This document shows positions 1-10,656 of a stretch of DNA of 64,000 nucleotides, one piece after another. Position 1 is the stretch's first letter, and every line of letters begins with the position of its first letter. The translations under genes were made by a program, and so were the position numbers. The DNA is from an uncultured Nitrospirales bacterium (GTDB taxonomy: Bacteria > Nitrospirota > Nitrospiria > Nitrospirales > NS-4): assembly GCA_964610095.1 (NCBI GenBank), contig CAZSUT010000003.1:19278-83277 (forward strand). The letters run 5' to 3'. The notes beneath the pieces are model-generated. The model worked only from the letters and a program-made list of their open reading frames with translations. It did not search any database and was not told where the DNA came from.

Positions 1-2
1 AG

Positions 3-458
3 GTCGCCGCCGCCTCAGTGCTGAACGACGTAGCGCTCAGCAAGGGAGCCTTGTCCCACATGGTCCAGTTGGAGATCTCCATCGATGGCCAATTCGTCAC
101 GGGATTGCGGGGCGACGGGCTCATCATCTCGACTCCGACCGGTTCGACGGCATATTCCATGGCTGCAGGCGGGCCGATCCTCAATCCCGCCGTCCACGCG
201 CTGATCCTCACCCCCATCAGTCCCCACACCCTCACCAACCGTCCGATTGTCATCCCCCAAGAGGCGCACGTCGAGGTGATGCTGGTTAGCAAAGACGAGG
301 GTGCCATGGTGACGTTCGACGGGCAGGCCGGCATCGCGCTCCAGCCCCGCGATCTGATCGAGGTCCGCGCATCGGAGAACAAGACGCGGCTGATCTGCTT
401 CGCGGACCGCACCTACTACGATATGTTGCGGAAAAAACTGAAGTGGGGGGAGAGCTAA
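3..458 (+). CDS. nadK: NAD(+) kinase, C-terminal part (5' end outside window)
   Basis: LNDV and DGLIISTPTGSTAYSMAAGGP signature motifs; reading frame is open to the window edge. Confidence 0.93.
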   Translation, partial: VAAASVLNDVALSKGALSHMVQLEISIDGQFVTGLRGDGLIISTPTGSTAYSMAAGGPILNPAVHALILTPISPHTLTNRPIVIPQEAHVEVMLVSKDEGAMVTFDGQAGIALQPRDLIEVRASENKTRLICFADRTYYDMLRKKLKWGES

Positions 459-1828
459 CGGGACGCTGACACCTTCGCCATGGACTTCTTCCGGCGAATG
501 ACCTCGAGCATCTCCTCGTTGGTGGGAAACTTGAACTCCTCGATATCGCGGCGCTGCCCTTCTTCCTGCTCCATCTCGCTCAACGCCAGCAGATCGTCGA
601 CCTGCACGACGTCCGGTTGACGGCTCTTCACCAAGGCCTCCAGCCGTTTCAGCTTGTGTGCGATCTCCTCCGCAGTGAGAGGCGCTTTGTCCGCCAGGTA
701 CCGCAGGATGACTTCGCTGCACCACTCCCCGTCCCGCTTGGCCACGCCGACCAGCCCTTCACTGGCCTTGCGGGCCCACCCGCAGAGAAAAACCCCCGGG
801 ATGATTGCGCCAGCGGCTTCGTCGTAGGCCTGGAACAGACTGTCGTCGGGATCGTTCTGCGTCCGGTTGGGGTTCGTGACAAAGACGCCATTCTTGTACG
901 GAAGCCCGACCGCCTCATCCACGCGGTCTCCGACGGCGAACACGACGCTGTCGCACGGGATCGTGTAGCAGGTCTTCAGCCCGACCGCCGTGGGATCCGC
1001 GCCTTTGAGCTCGAGCTTCGTATCTTCTACCTCCAGGCCGACGACCTGGTTCTGGCCGTCGGTGAGGACGCTCTTCGGGGAGGACAGGAAATGGAAGTGC
1101 ATGCGGGTGTGGCTCTCCGGCGGCTCGCACTTCGTGAACTCCGCCCGCATCTCAGCCAGGATCTTCTCGTGCGACTGCCCTACCGCTTCCAGGCGCGGAG
1201 CGATCCGCGCGATCTCCTTTTGGAGGGAGTTCTGATCGATATAGGCGCAGACGGCGCGAATCTCCTTGGGGTTGTACTTGCGCTCGGCCGGCCCGCGTCG
1301 GACGATCACGTGGACTTCCGCGACGCGGCGGCGGCGCGACAGCCAGTGCGCGATGTCCACCATCACGTCCCCGATGCCGATCACCGCCACGCGCTGCCCC
1401 GTCTCGAACGGGCGGGTGCTGAACCCTGGCAGCAGGTTATAGTGGTAGACGCTGTCTTTGGCGTGATAGACCCCTTTGGCGGTGTCCCCCTCCACACCGA
1501 TGGTTTTGGTGCCCTGGGCCCCGGTCGAGAAGACCAACGCACTGGGCCCCAACGCGCGCAGCTCTGACACGGTCAGATGGTGGCCGTTGCCGACCGTCAC
1601 GTTGCCGAAGTACCGGACATTTGGGCGCGTCAGGATTTCGCAGTAGCCCTTGCGCAAGCCGCCGCGCAACTTGTGCTTGTTGGGGAAAATGCCATACTCG
1701 GCGAGCCCGCCGAATTTGATGTCCCGGTTGAGCACCACCACCTCATGTCCCTGCTTGGACATGACGTTGGCGACGGACAGCCCGGCTGGTCCGGCACCGA
1801 CGACGATAATCAAATGTTTCGTGCTCAT
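455..1828 (-). CDS. FAD-dependent ferredoxin/flavodoxin--NADP+ reductase, adrenodoxin-reductase/FprA-like
   Basis: N-terminal GAGPAG FAD motif, GGLAEYG, NADPH-binding VIGIGDVMVDIA followed by RRGP; no Fe-S Cys cluster. Confidence 0.75.
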   Translation of the reverse strand: MSTKHLIIVVGAGPAGLSVANVMSKQGHEVVVLNRDIKFGGLAEYGIFPNKHKLRGGLRKGYCEILTRPNVRYFGNVTVGNGHHLTVSELRALGPSALVFSTGAQGTKTIGVEGDTAKGVYHAKDSVYHYNLLPGFSTRPFETGQRVAVIGIGDVMVDIAHWLSRRRRVAEVHVIVRRGPAERKYNPKEIRAVCAYIDQNSLQKEIARIAPRLEAVGQSHEKILAEMRAEFTKCEPPESHTRMHFHFLSSPKSVLTDGQNQVVGLEVEDTKLELKGADPTAVGLKTCYTIPCDSVVFAVGDRVDEAVGLPYKNGVFVTNPNRTQNDPDDSLFQAYDEAAGAIIPGVFLCGWARKASEGLVGVAKRDGEWCSEVILRYLADKAPLTAEEIAHKLKRLEALVKSRQPDVVQVDDLLALSEMEQEEGQRRDIEEFKFPTNEEMLEVIRRKKSMAKVSASR

Positions 1829-1880
1829 CCGAAAAGTCTTTGTGCCAGGGAGACCCTACCTAGGCAAAAAATAAGCGCCG

Positions 1881-1910
1881 AAGCTAGCATACCCAAAAAG
1901 GAATTGTCAA
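1881..1910 (-). promoter_or_regulatory. Putative sigma70 promoter of the reductase gene
   Basis: Minus strand TTGACA-N18-TAGCTT with TG extension. Confidence 0.5.
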
Positions 1911-1915
1911 AAAGG

Positions 1916-3427
<1,512 letters not shown>

Positions 3428-3483
3428 GCCTCCCCCTTTGGCAATGGGCTCACCCTTGTGGTACGGCTTTGTCCGGTGCGGGG

Positions 3484-3512
3484 ATTGTAATCCAGTCCGG
3501 GGAGCCGCTCAA
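3484..3512 (-). promoter_or_regulatory. Putative sigma70 promoter of fumC
   Basis: Minus strand TTGAGC-N17-TACAAT. Confidence 0.5.
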
Positions 3513-3548
3513 GCAACAAGCACGGGAGCAGCTGGGCCGCGAACGCGC

Positions 3549-4685
3549 TCAGTCGCGCTGGTCGAGCGGCAGGTACCGACGCCCGTGCTCCCCCTCGTAG
3601 ATCTGGTCAGGCCGGTAGATCTTGTTCTCCTTCAACTGCTCGAGCCAGTGGGCCAGCCAGCCTGCGACCCTGGCCATGGCAAAGATCGGGGTGAACGTGT
3701 CGCTGGGGATGCCAATCTGGTCATAGATGATGCCAGAGTAGAAATCCACGTTGGGGTACACCTTCTTGTGGGCCAGCAGCCCCAGGGCGACCCGTTCCAC
3801 CTCCTCGGCCAGTTCATAGAGTGGGAACTTCCCGTACTGGGCGAAGAGCTTCTGCGCGAGTTGCTGGAGGATCACGGCGCGCGGGTCCTTGACCTTGTAG
3901 ACCCGGTGGCCGAACCCCATGATCGGCTCCTTCCTGTCCAACTTCACCTGCAGGTACGGACGCACGCGCTCGACCGTGCCGATCTCGCGCAGCATGGCCA
4001 CAACCTCCTCATTGGCCCCGCCGTGCAGCGGCCCTTTCAGGGCACCAAGCGCCGAGGCGACGACGGTGTAGGGATCGGCGAGTGTCGAAGCCGTGACGAG
4101 CCCGCAGAATGTGGAGGCGTTCATCGTATGCTCGGCGTGGAGGATCAGACACACGTCGAGGATGTACGCGACGAGCCGGTCTGGCATCCGCTCGGTCAGC
4201 ATGTAAAGGAAATTCTCGCTGAAGCCCAACTCGTCTCGCGGCGGGACGTGGTCGTCGCCGTGGCGGATGCGCGCGAAGGCTGCCACGATGGTTGGAAGCT
4301 TCGCGATGAGCCGCACGGCCGACCAGTAGTTGTTCTCCTGATCGCGGACGTTCCGGCCAGGGTAGAACATCCCCAAGGCCGCCACGGCCGCCTGGAGCGC
4401 ATCCATGGGATGTCCGGTCTCAGGCAGGCACTTGATCAGATCGATGATCTTGAACTTGATCCGTCTGTGCCCTGCGATATCCGCGGTGAACCGTTCCAGT
4501 TCCAGACGGGTCGGCAAGCGGTTGAAGAGGAGGAGGTAGGCCGTCTCGAGAAAGGTGCTTTTCGCAGCGAGCTCTTCGATACGGATGCCGCGGTACTCCA
4601 GAACGCCAGCCTGGCCATCCACATCGCTGATCCTGGAGCGGGCGGCCGGCACGCCCGCCAATCCCGGCATGAAGTCATGCGGCAT
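3549..4685 (-). CDS. gltA: Citrate synthase (short type); start moved to ATG at 4685
   Basis: GPLHGGANE, GFGHRVYK and PNVDFY catalytic motifs; GGAGG RBS before MPHDF. Confidence 0.92.
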   Translation of the reverse strand: MPHDFMPGLAGVPAARSRISDVDGQAGVLEYRGIRIEELAAKSTFLETAYLLLFNRLPTRLELERFTADIAGHRRIKFKIIDLIKCLPETGHPMDALQAAVAALGMFYPGRNVRDQENNYWSAVRLIAKLPTIVAAFARIRHGDDHVPPRDELGFSENFLYMLTERMPDRLVAYILDVCLILHAEHTMNASTFCGLVTASTLADPYTVVASALGALKGPLHGGANEEVVAMLREIGTVERVRPYLQVKLDRKEPIMGFGHRVYKVKDPRAVILQQLAQKLFAQYGKFPLYELAEEVERVALGLLAHKKVYPNVDFYSGIIYDQIGIPSDTFTPIFAMARVAGWLAHWLEQLKENKIYRPDQIYEGEHGRRYLPLDQRD

Positions 4686-4725
4686 ATTGTGCCTCCACTT
4701 GATTAATAACAGCCCGCGCCTTGCC

Positions 4726-4754
4726 TTGCAAGAGGACTGGCGCTCGGCCATACT
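4726..4754 (+). promoter_or_regulatory. Putative sigma70 promoter, probably giving a leaderless cyclase mRNA
   Basis: TTGCAA-N17-CATACT, 7 nt before ATG 4762, no SD. Confidence 0.5.
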
Positions 4755-4761
4755 TGACGCG

Positions 4762-6903
4762 ATGCCGCTGCCCAAAACCTCCAAGAAGTGGCTCGCCGCC
4801 TCCAGCATCGGGCTGGCTGTGTTCATCGCCGCGATGGCGCTTCACGCTTCCGGCCTCCTCACCATCGCAGAGTTGAAGTCCCTGGACCACCGGTTCAATC
4901 AATACGCTGATCCGGCGAAGGCCGACAAGGGCCTCGTGTTGGTCGCTGTCGACGAGGCCAGTCTCGCCGCCTTCGGTCGCTGGCCCTGGCCTCGGGACCG
5001 CTTCGGCTATGTCGTGCACTATCTTCACGCAGCGGGGGCCAGGGCGATCGTCTTCGATATTTTGTTCCTCGAGCCCGACGACAACGACCAAGAATTCGAC
5101 GTGGTCTTCGCGGACGAAGTACGCGCCGCGGGAAACGTCTTCTTTCCGTTCCTGCTCCAGCACGATCCATCACCTGCGCTCTCCGGTCTGCTCCTGACCA
5201 AGGCGACGATTCCGTTGGTCTCGCAGCCGGAGCGACTGGCCAACTCCGCGAATCCATACCAAGGGATGAAGCTGCCCATTCCACCGCTGGCAGAAGCCGC
5301 CCGAGGATTGGGCCACATCACTCTGACGCCTGATCCGGACGGGACGATGCGCCGCCTGCCGCCGTTGGTCCCGACTGCGCAGGGTGCCGTTTCCCAATTG
5401 GCCACAGCGGTGACCAGGTACCTCCTGAGGGCGGAGCGCGCCGTGCAGGATGGCCGCACGCTCCGGCTGGGCCCGACGACCGTGCCCATCACGCGGGATG
5501 GCGACATCGTCCTCGACTGGCACGGCGCGCTGGAGCAGAAGACCTACCCGGCCTACTCCATCGGGGCGGTCCTGCGCTCCTACACCGAAATGCAGAAGGG
5601 TGAACGCCCCCTGCTCGATCATGCCCTCTTTAAGGACAAGATCGTGTTCGTGGGGACGACCGCCGCCGGCACCTATGACCTCCGAGTGACCCCGCTCTCT
5701 CCGTTCACGCCAGGCGTCTTGATCCAAATGACCGCGCTGGACAACCTGCTCCGCAGCCATACCATAGCCCCAGCCCCTCCCTGGGCCTTCATCCTGACCA
5801 CGCTGGTGCTCTGCGTTGGCACCGCGTGGGCCTTCGCGCTGGTCCAACGCCAAGCCCTCAAATTCCTGCTCATCGCTGGGCTGGCCGTCGCGTATTACGG
5901 GCTCGTCGTCCACGCCTTCACAGGCCACGGTGTCTGGATGGAGCTGGTCTTTCCCGAAGGGGCCCTGGCCTTGACCTACGCCGTCTCCGCCACCGTGGAG
6001 TACCTGACCGAAGGCCGACAACGCCGCGTGCTGCGAGCCGTCTTCGATAAATACATGGCCGCGGAAGTCGTGGATGAGATCATGCGCAACCCTGAGAGCA
6101 TCAAGCTCGGCGGCGAAAAAAAGGAACTGACCGTCTTCTTCTCGGACGTGGCCGGGTTCACCACGATCTCCGAGAAACTGGACCCAGAGGACCTCGTTTT
6201 CCTGCTCAACGAATATCTGTCCTCCATGACGGACATCATTCTTCGGCATCGGGGGAACGTGAACAAGTACCTGGGTGATGGCATCATGGCGATCTTCGGC
6301 GCGCCGCGCGGCGAGCCCACCCACGCCTCGCTGGCCTGTTTCGCGGCCCTGGAGAACCAGGCGGCGCTCGCCCGGCTGCGCGAGGAGTGGACAACGCGTG
6401 GCTATCCGGAGATCGTCGCGCGCATCGGGATCAACTCCGGACCGCTGGTCGTGGGGAACATGGGGTCCCAAGCGCGGATGGAGTATACTGTCATGGGCGA
6501 CAGCGTGAACCTGGCGTCCCGTCTGGAAGGAGCCAACAAGTTCTACGACACGTTGATCCTCCTGGGCCCGCGGACATACGAGCTGGCCCAACCCGATATC
6601 GAGGCGCGGGAAGTGGACATGCTGAGGGTAAAGGGCAAGCTGGAACCGGTGGTGGTGTACGAACTGCTGGCCCGGAAGGGGGAGTTGCCGGCGGAGAAGC
6701 AGCATGCGGTGGACGCGTACTTAGAAGGACTGGCTCTGTACAAGCAACGAGAATTCGCCATGGCAAAGGAACGCTTCGGAGCCGCGCTGGCGCTGGACCC
6801 GTCCGATGGGCCGTCCAAGGTTTACCTGCACCGGGTGCACGAGTACCAAGCGACCCCGCCCCCGCCCGACTGGGATGGCGTGTACGTGCTGAAGTCTAAA
6901 TAG
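4762..6903 (+). CDS. CHASE2-domain class III adenylate cyclase, membrane bound
   Basis: CHASE2 motifs (GRWPWPR, IVFDILF, KIVFVG, PGV), three TM helices, cyclase motifs FSDVAGFT, NKYLGDG, EYTVMGDSVNLASRLE. Confidence 0.9.
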   Translation: MPLPKTSKKWLAASSIGLAVFIAAMALHASGLLTIAELKSLDHRFNQYADPAKADKGLVLVAVDEASLAAFGRWPWPRDRFGYVVHYLHAAGARAIVFDILFLEPDDNDQEFDVVFADEVRAAGNVFFPFLLQHDPSPALSGLLLTKATIPLVSQPERLANSANPYQGMKLPIPPLAEAARGLGHITLTPDPDGTMRRLPPLVPTAQGAVSQLATAVTRYLLRAERAVQDGRTLRLGPTTVPITRDGDIVLDWHGALEQKTYPAYSIGAVLRSYTEMQKGERPLLDHALFKDKIVFVGTTAAGTYDLRVTPLSPFTPGVLIQMTALDNLLRSHTIAPAPPWAFILTTLVLCVGTAWAFALVQRQALKFLLIAGLAVAYYGLVVHAFTGHGVWMELVFPEGALALTYAVSATVEYLTEGRQRRVLRAVFDKYMAAEVVDEIMRNPESIKLGGEKKELTVFFSDVAGFTTISEKLDPEDLVFLLNEYLSSMTDIILRHRGNVNKYLGDGIMAIFGAPRGEPTHASLACFAALENQAALARLREEWTTRGYPEIVARIGINSGPLVVGNMGSQARMEYTVMGDSVNLASRLEGANKFYDTLILLGPRTYELAQPDIEAREVDMLRVKGKLEPVVVYELLARKGELPAEKQHAVDAYLEGLALYKQREFAMAKERFGAALALDPSDGPSKVYLHRVHEYQATPPPPDWDGVYVLKSK

Positions 6904-6909
6904 CCGACC

Positions 6910-7440
6910 GTGGAGGTTCCGTTGAAACGCCATCCACGACCTGCCATTCCGCTTGTCACCCTGCTGCTCTTGAGCCTGTATCTTCTGACCGGCCTCGCGC
7001 TGGCTGAAACCGTTTTCGTCCAGAGCAAGACCGCGAAGCTCCGCTCCGGGAAAACGTCGCTGGACAGCGTGGTGGCCGACCTGAAATTCGGGGAGCCGCT
7101 GGAGGTGCTCAGCAAGGAGAGCAATTGGCTGGAAGTCCAGACCGCGCGCGGGGCCAAGGGCTGGGTCTTCGCCGGCAAGACAACGTCCACAAAACCCGCC
7201 GGCAGCGAGGATGATGCGCTGGCTAAGCTCGGCAAGTCCTTCAGGAGGACCGAAGCCGGAGACGTGACGGCGTCAGCCGGTGCCCGCGGCCTGGACAAGG
7301 TCTCGGAAGGCTATGCCAATCGCGTGGGCATCACCCAGCAGCATCGGGACGCGATCGATCGCATGGCGGCGTACCAGATCAGCGACCAGGACGTCGAAGA
7401 CTTTCTGAAACAAGGTGGGCTCGGGGAATATGCGAAGTAG
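6910..7440 (+). CDS. Secreted bacterial SH3 (SH3b) domain protein
   Basis: Signal peptide; LRSGK..VVADLKFGEPLEVL..NWLEVQ..KGWV pattern; C-terminal TASAGARGL. Confidence 0.75.
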   Translation: MEVPLKRHPRPAIPLVTLLLLSLYLLTGLALAETVFVQSKTAKLRSGKTSLDSVVADLKFGEPLEVLSKESNWLEVQTARGAKGWVFAGKTTSTKPAGSEDDALAKLGKSFRRTEAGDVTASAGARGLDKVSEGYANRVGITQQHRDAIDRMAAYQISDQDVEDFLKQGGLGEYAK

Positions 7441-8305
7441 GGCTCGGCAGACGCTGACGCTCGCCCTTTCGCTGGTCATCTTCAGCACGTGGAGCGGCTG
7501 CGCCGAAGTTCAACAGATTGCGGAAGAGCACGCGCGCCGGTCCGGCGATGAGCGGCTGGCCAAGATTATCCATGGGAGCAGCACGCTCGTGAGCGGCCTG
7601 CTCCCCATTTCGTACGAAGAAGAGCAGTCCATCGGCGCCGCGATCGCTCTTCAAGTCGTCGCCCGTTACGGGGGTGTGTACAACCAGCCGGAGCTCACGC
7701 GCTACGTGAACTTGGTGGGCCGGACCGTGGCCCTCACCTGCGACCGGCCGGACATTCCCTATCACTTCGCCGTGCTCAACTCCGACTCGATCAACGCGTT
7801 CGCAGCGCCGGCCGGCTACGTTTTCGTGACCCGCGGCTTGCTCAAGCAGGTCCGCAACGAAGCCGAGCTGGCCGCGGTGCTGGGGCACGAGATCGCGCAC
7901 GTCTCCCAGAAGCACATCCTTGAGGTTATCCAGCGCAGCAAGCGCCTGGCCGGCGTTTCCGAGGCCGGGCTGGCCTACGCGCATCAGAACCCCGACGTGT
8001 TCAAGAACCTGATCGATGCGGCCGCCAAAAAGCTGCTCGACGAGGGGCTCGACCAGGAGAAAGAGCTCGAAGGCGACAGCCTCGGCGACGTGTTCGCCGC
8101 CCGCGTGGGATACGATCCCACTGCTTATGTCACGCTCTTAAACCGGCTGCGCGCGCTGAAGGGCGACGATAAGGCCTTCTTCAAGACCCACCCCAACTTC
8201 TCCAACCGCATCAACGCCGTCCAGGAGGTCATCCAGACGCACGGCTGGAAACCGACCGGCGTGCTCTTGGAGGATCGCTTCGGACGCGTCCGCGGGAAGA
8301 TCTAG
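7430..8305 (+). CDS. M48 family zinc metallopeptidase (BepA-like), probable lipoprotein
   Basis: INAFAAPAGYVFVTRGLL, HEIAH (HExxH), EKELEGD, FKTHP; WSGC lipobox-like; overlaps the SH3 stop. Confidence 0.85.
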   Translation: MRSRARQTLTLALSLVIFSTWSGCAEVQQIAEEHARRSGDERLAKIIHGSSTLVSGLLPISYEEEQSIGAAIALQVVARYGGVYNQPELTRYVNLVGRTVALTCDRPDIPYHFAVLNSDSINAFAAPAGYVFVTRGLLKQVRNEAELAAVLGHEIAHVSQKHILEVIQRSKRLAGVSEAGLAYAHQNPDVFKNLIDAAAKKLLDEGLDQEKELEGDSLGDVFAARVGYDPTAYVTLLNRLRALKGDDKAFFKTHPNFSNRINAVQEVIQTHGWKPTGVLLEDRFGRVRGKI

Positions 8306-8679
8306 AACTCCAGACAGGCGGGGCAGCGAGTAGGCTCTTTCTTGTCCTCGACTTCCTGCTGCGTCAAGGTGAACGCCGTGCGGCACAATTCGCACGTGCG
8401 GACTTCGAACACCGGCTTGCCATTGTCAAAGCGGGCCGGCAGGAGGAGGTCGGCTGGATCATACCCCAATGCCACACCATCCTCGAACTTCACGACCGCT
8501 AGCCGGACGTTGAACTTCTCCCATGTGGCCGTCTGTCCCTTCCGGGCCAAAGGATGGTCCGAGCTCACGTAGACCGGTTGCCCGTACTTCCGATGCCGGA
8601 GGTCCCGGAGGTTTCGAGCCTGAGGGGTCGACACCGAAAAATTGATCGCCTGGGCAAACGGCCCTTCTTCAGTGCCCAC
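8302..8679 (-). CDS. Hypothetical protein with C-terminal zinc ribbon (start uncertain: GTG 8679 or 8634)
   Basis: CELC...CPAC pair; the ORF-track TTG start at 8754 coincides with a TTGACC -35 box. Confidence 0.6.
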   Translation of the reverse strand: MGTEEGPFAQAINFSVSTPQARNLRDLRHRKYGQPVYVSSDHPLARKGQTATWEKFNVRLAVVKFEDGVALGYDPADLLLPARFDNGKPVFEVRTCELCRTAFTLTQQEVEDKKEPTRCPACLEF

Positions 8680-8750
8680 CCTGCTGCCCCTTCCGTTGAG
8701 GTTGCGAAATGAGTTCGTGCGGTATCTATACCACCCGCTTTCCGAGAGGG

Positions 8751-9761
8751 TCAAGCCGGCCAGGATGGGATTGCCACCGGCACCGGCCGTCCCTCGCGTG
8801 CGGCGCGGTAGCAGGCCTCAGCCATTGCCACTGCGCGCAGACCGTCCTCTCCGGACACCGGTACGGGGACTCCGGTTGAGAGGCTCTTGGCGAACGCCTC
8901 AAGGACTGTGATGACGGTCGGCCGATCCGGCACTGCCTCCGTTTCCGCGACCACGCGTCCCTCGATCCGGGTCAGCAGGCTCCGATCGACGTCCGCGATC
9001 AATTGACCGGCCCCGCCGACCGCCTCCACGCGGCAGACGCGCCCTCCCGACACCCGCGAGACTTCCACACAACAGGGGATCCCGTTGGACAAGCGGAACC
9101 GGGCCAGCGCGAGGTCCTCGACCCGACTGGTATGACGCTGCGCCAAGTCGGCGACCGCTTCCACCGCTTCGGCGCCCGTCAGAAAACGGATGAGATCCAA
9201 CAGGTGAACACCAATCTCCAGAAGAACACCCCCTCCCGCCTGGCTCGGATCGCCCAACCGGCGGTGCGGCGGCCGGTCTGCCCGCATCGTCAGGACAAGG
9301 TACTCCAGCGGGCCGACGTCCGCCAGACGATCCCGCAGGCGAGCCAGGACGGGCGTGAAGCGGAGCGTCTGGGCCGTCATGAGCATGACGCCGGCCTCGC
9401 GCGCAACCCGAACCATCTCCCGAGCGTCGGCGACCGTCAACGCCAGCGGCTTTTCGATCAGCAGCGGCTTGCCGGCCCGTACGGCCGCCAGGCAGATTTC
9501 CCGGTTCAACGCCGGGGGCGTCACGACCACCACCGCCTCCACCTCCTCGCGCGTCACCAGCTCGCCCCAGTCCGGCACGAAGAGCAGTCCATGCCGCTCG
9601 GCGAAGGCACGCCCAGCGCCCACATCCCGCCTGGAGACGGCCGCCAAGTGGCATCCCGAAATCCCCTCCAACAGGTGCCGCGCATACCGACTCCCGTGAC
9701 GGCCCAGCCCCACCAGTCCGATGCCGATGCTTCCCGACACCTTACCCGCTCGAGGTTTCAC
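8751..9761 (-). CDS. Gfo/Idh/MocA family NAD(P)-dependent oxidoreductase
   Basis: IGLVGLGRHG Rossmann motif, LLIEKP, GGGVLLEIGVHLLD. Confidence 0.88.
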   Translation of the reverse strand: MKPRAGKVSGSIGIGLVGLGRHGSRYARHLLEGISGCHLAAVSRRDVGAGRAFAERHGLLFVPDWGELVTREEVEAVVVVTPPALNREICLAAVRAGKPLLIEKPLALTVADAREMVRVAREAGVMLMTAQTLRFTPVLARLRDRLADVGPLEYLVLTMRADRPPHRRLGDPSQAGGGVLLEIGVHLLDLIRFLTGAEAVEAVADLAQRHTSRVEDLALARFRLSNGIPCCVEVSRVSGGRVCRVEAVGGAGQLIADVDRSLLTRIEGRVVAETEAVPDRPTVITVLEAFAKSLSTGVPVPVSGEDGLRAVAMAEACYRAAREGRPVPVAIPSWPA

Positions 9762-9832
9762 CGGTTGCTTGACAAGCTGTCTGCACCATTGCTACACCTA
9801 CCGAGAGTGCCGCCAGACGGGAGGCTCCATTC

Positions 9833-10183
9833 ATGGAGAAGATGACAGTCTATCAGAAGCCGAGCTGCTCAACCTGCCGCCAAGTTCTGGCCATCTTGCG
9901 CGAAGCCAAGGCCAAATTTGAGACCATCGACTATATTGCAACTCCCATGTCGGCGACGACCTTGCGCCGCTTGATCAAGAAGCTCGGCGTCTCCCCTCGC
10001 GACCTGTTGCGCACCAACGAAGAGCACTATAAGAAGCTGGAGTTGGGTAAGAAAGACGTGAGCGATGAGGAGTTGATCAGGCTGATGGTGGTCTATCCGG
10101 AATTGATCCAGCGCCCGATCATCGAAAAAGGGGAGCAGGCCGTCCTCGCCCGCCCTCCCGAGAACGTCAAAACGCTGCTGTAA
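9833..10183 (+). CDS. ArsC/Spx family thioredoxin-fold protein (arsenate reductase-like)
   Basis: YQKPSCSTCR (CxxC) and LIQRPII motifs; GGGAGG RBS. Confidence 0.85.
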   Translation: MEKMTVYQKPSCSTCRQVLAILREAKAKFETIDYIATPMSATTLRRLIKKLGVSPRDLLRTNEEHYKKLELGKKDVSDEELIRLMVVYPELIQRPIIEKGEQAVLARPPENVKTLL

Positions 10184-10200
10184 GCGTTCCCGCCTTGAAA

Positions 10201-10238
10201 AAAGAAGGGCCACCCGATATGCATCGGGCGGCCCTTTC
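10201..10238. terminator. Probable bidirectional intrinsic terminator between convergent arsC-like gene and HU
   Basis: AAGGGCC-acccgat..atcgggc-GGCCCTT hairpin with an upstream A-run. Confidence 0.7.
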
Positions 10239-10266
10239 CGGAAAGACTCCGTGAGTACTGCCGTCG

Positions 10267-10554
10267 TTATCTTTTCCCTAAGACAGCGTCCTTACAGGCC
10301 TTCGCGACCCGAAACTTCACCACTCGCTTGGCCGGGATCTTGATCGGTTCTCCGGTCTGGGGGTTACGACCCATCCTGGCCTTCCGGTTGACCAGCACCA
10401 GTTTGCCAATCCCGGGCAAGGTGAAGGTGTTCTTGGCCTCCTTATAGGCCACGGCGGCCAGCTCGTCCAGGAACTGGCCCGCCACCTTCTTGGTGATTCC
10501 AGCCTTGCCGGACAGGTGCTCGGTAACCTGAGACTTCGTCATCGCTTTTGCCAT
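10267..10554 (-). CDS. hup: HU family DNA-binding protein
   Basis: LPGIGKL, RKARMGRNPQTGEPIKIPAKRVVKF. Confidence 0.95.
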   Translation of the reverse strand: MAKAMTKSQVTEHLSGKAGITKKVAGQFLDELAAVAYKEAKNTFTLPGIGKLVLVNRKARMGRNPQTGEPIKIPAKRVVKFRVAKACKDAVLGKR

Positions 10555-10656
10555 ACCCGACTCCTTTCCACTGATGAACCGCCTCGCGGTTCGTCAACTT
10601 GTTGAACGCCTTCCCCGATCCCAACGGGATCTTCAGGGGTGAATGTCACAATCTGC

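Noticed and set aside
4555-4761. ORF-track N-terminal extensions (cyclase, gltA, ubiA, both CydA-like genes, DnaJ, ChaN, CHAD, reductase at 63290)
   Set aside because: They overlap neighbouring genes, promoters or tRNA-Gln; downstream starts have an RBS, a promoter or a proper signal peptide
9833-10183. Arsenic-resistance operon
   Set aside because: No arsR, arsB or acr3 nearby; stand-alone ArsC/Spx/YffB-like proteins are common and often not arsenate reductases
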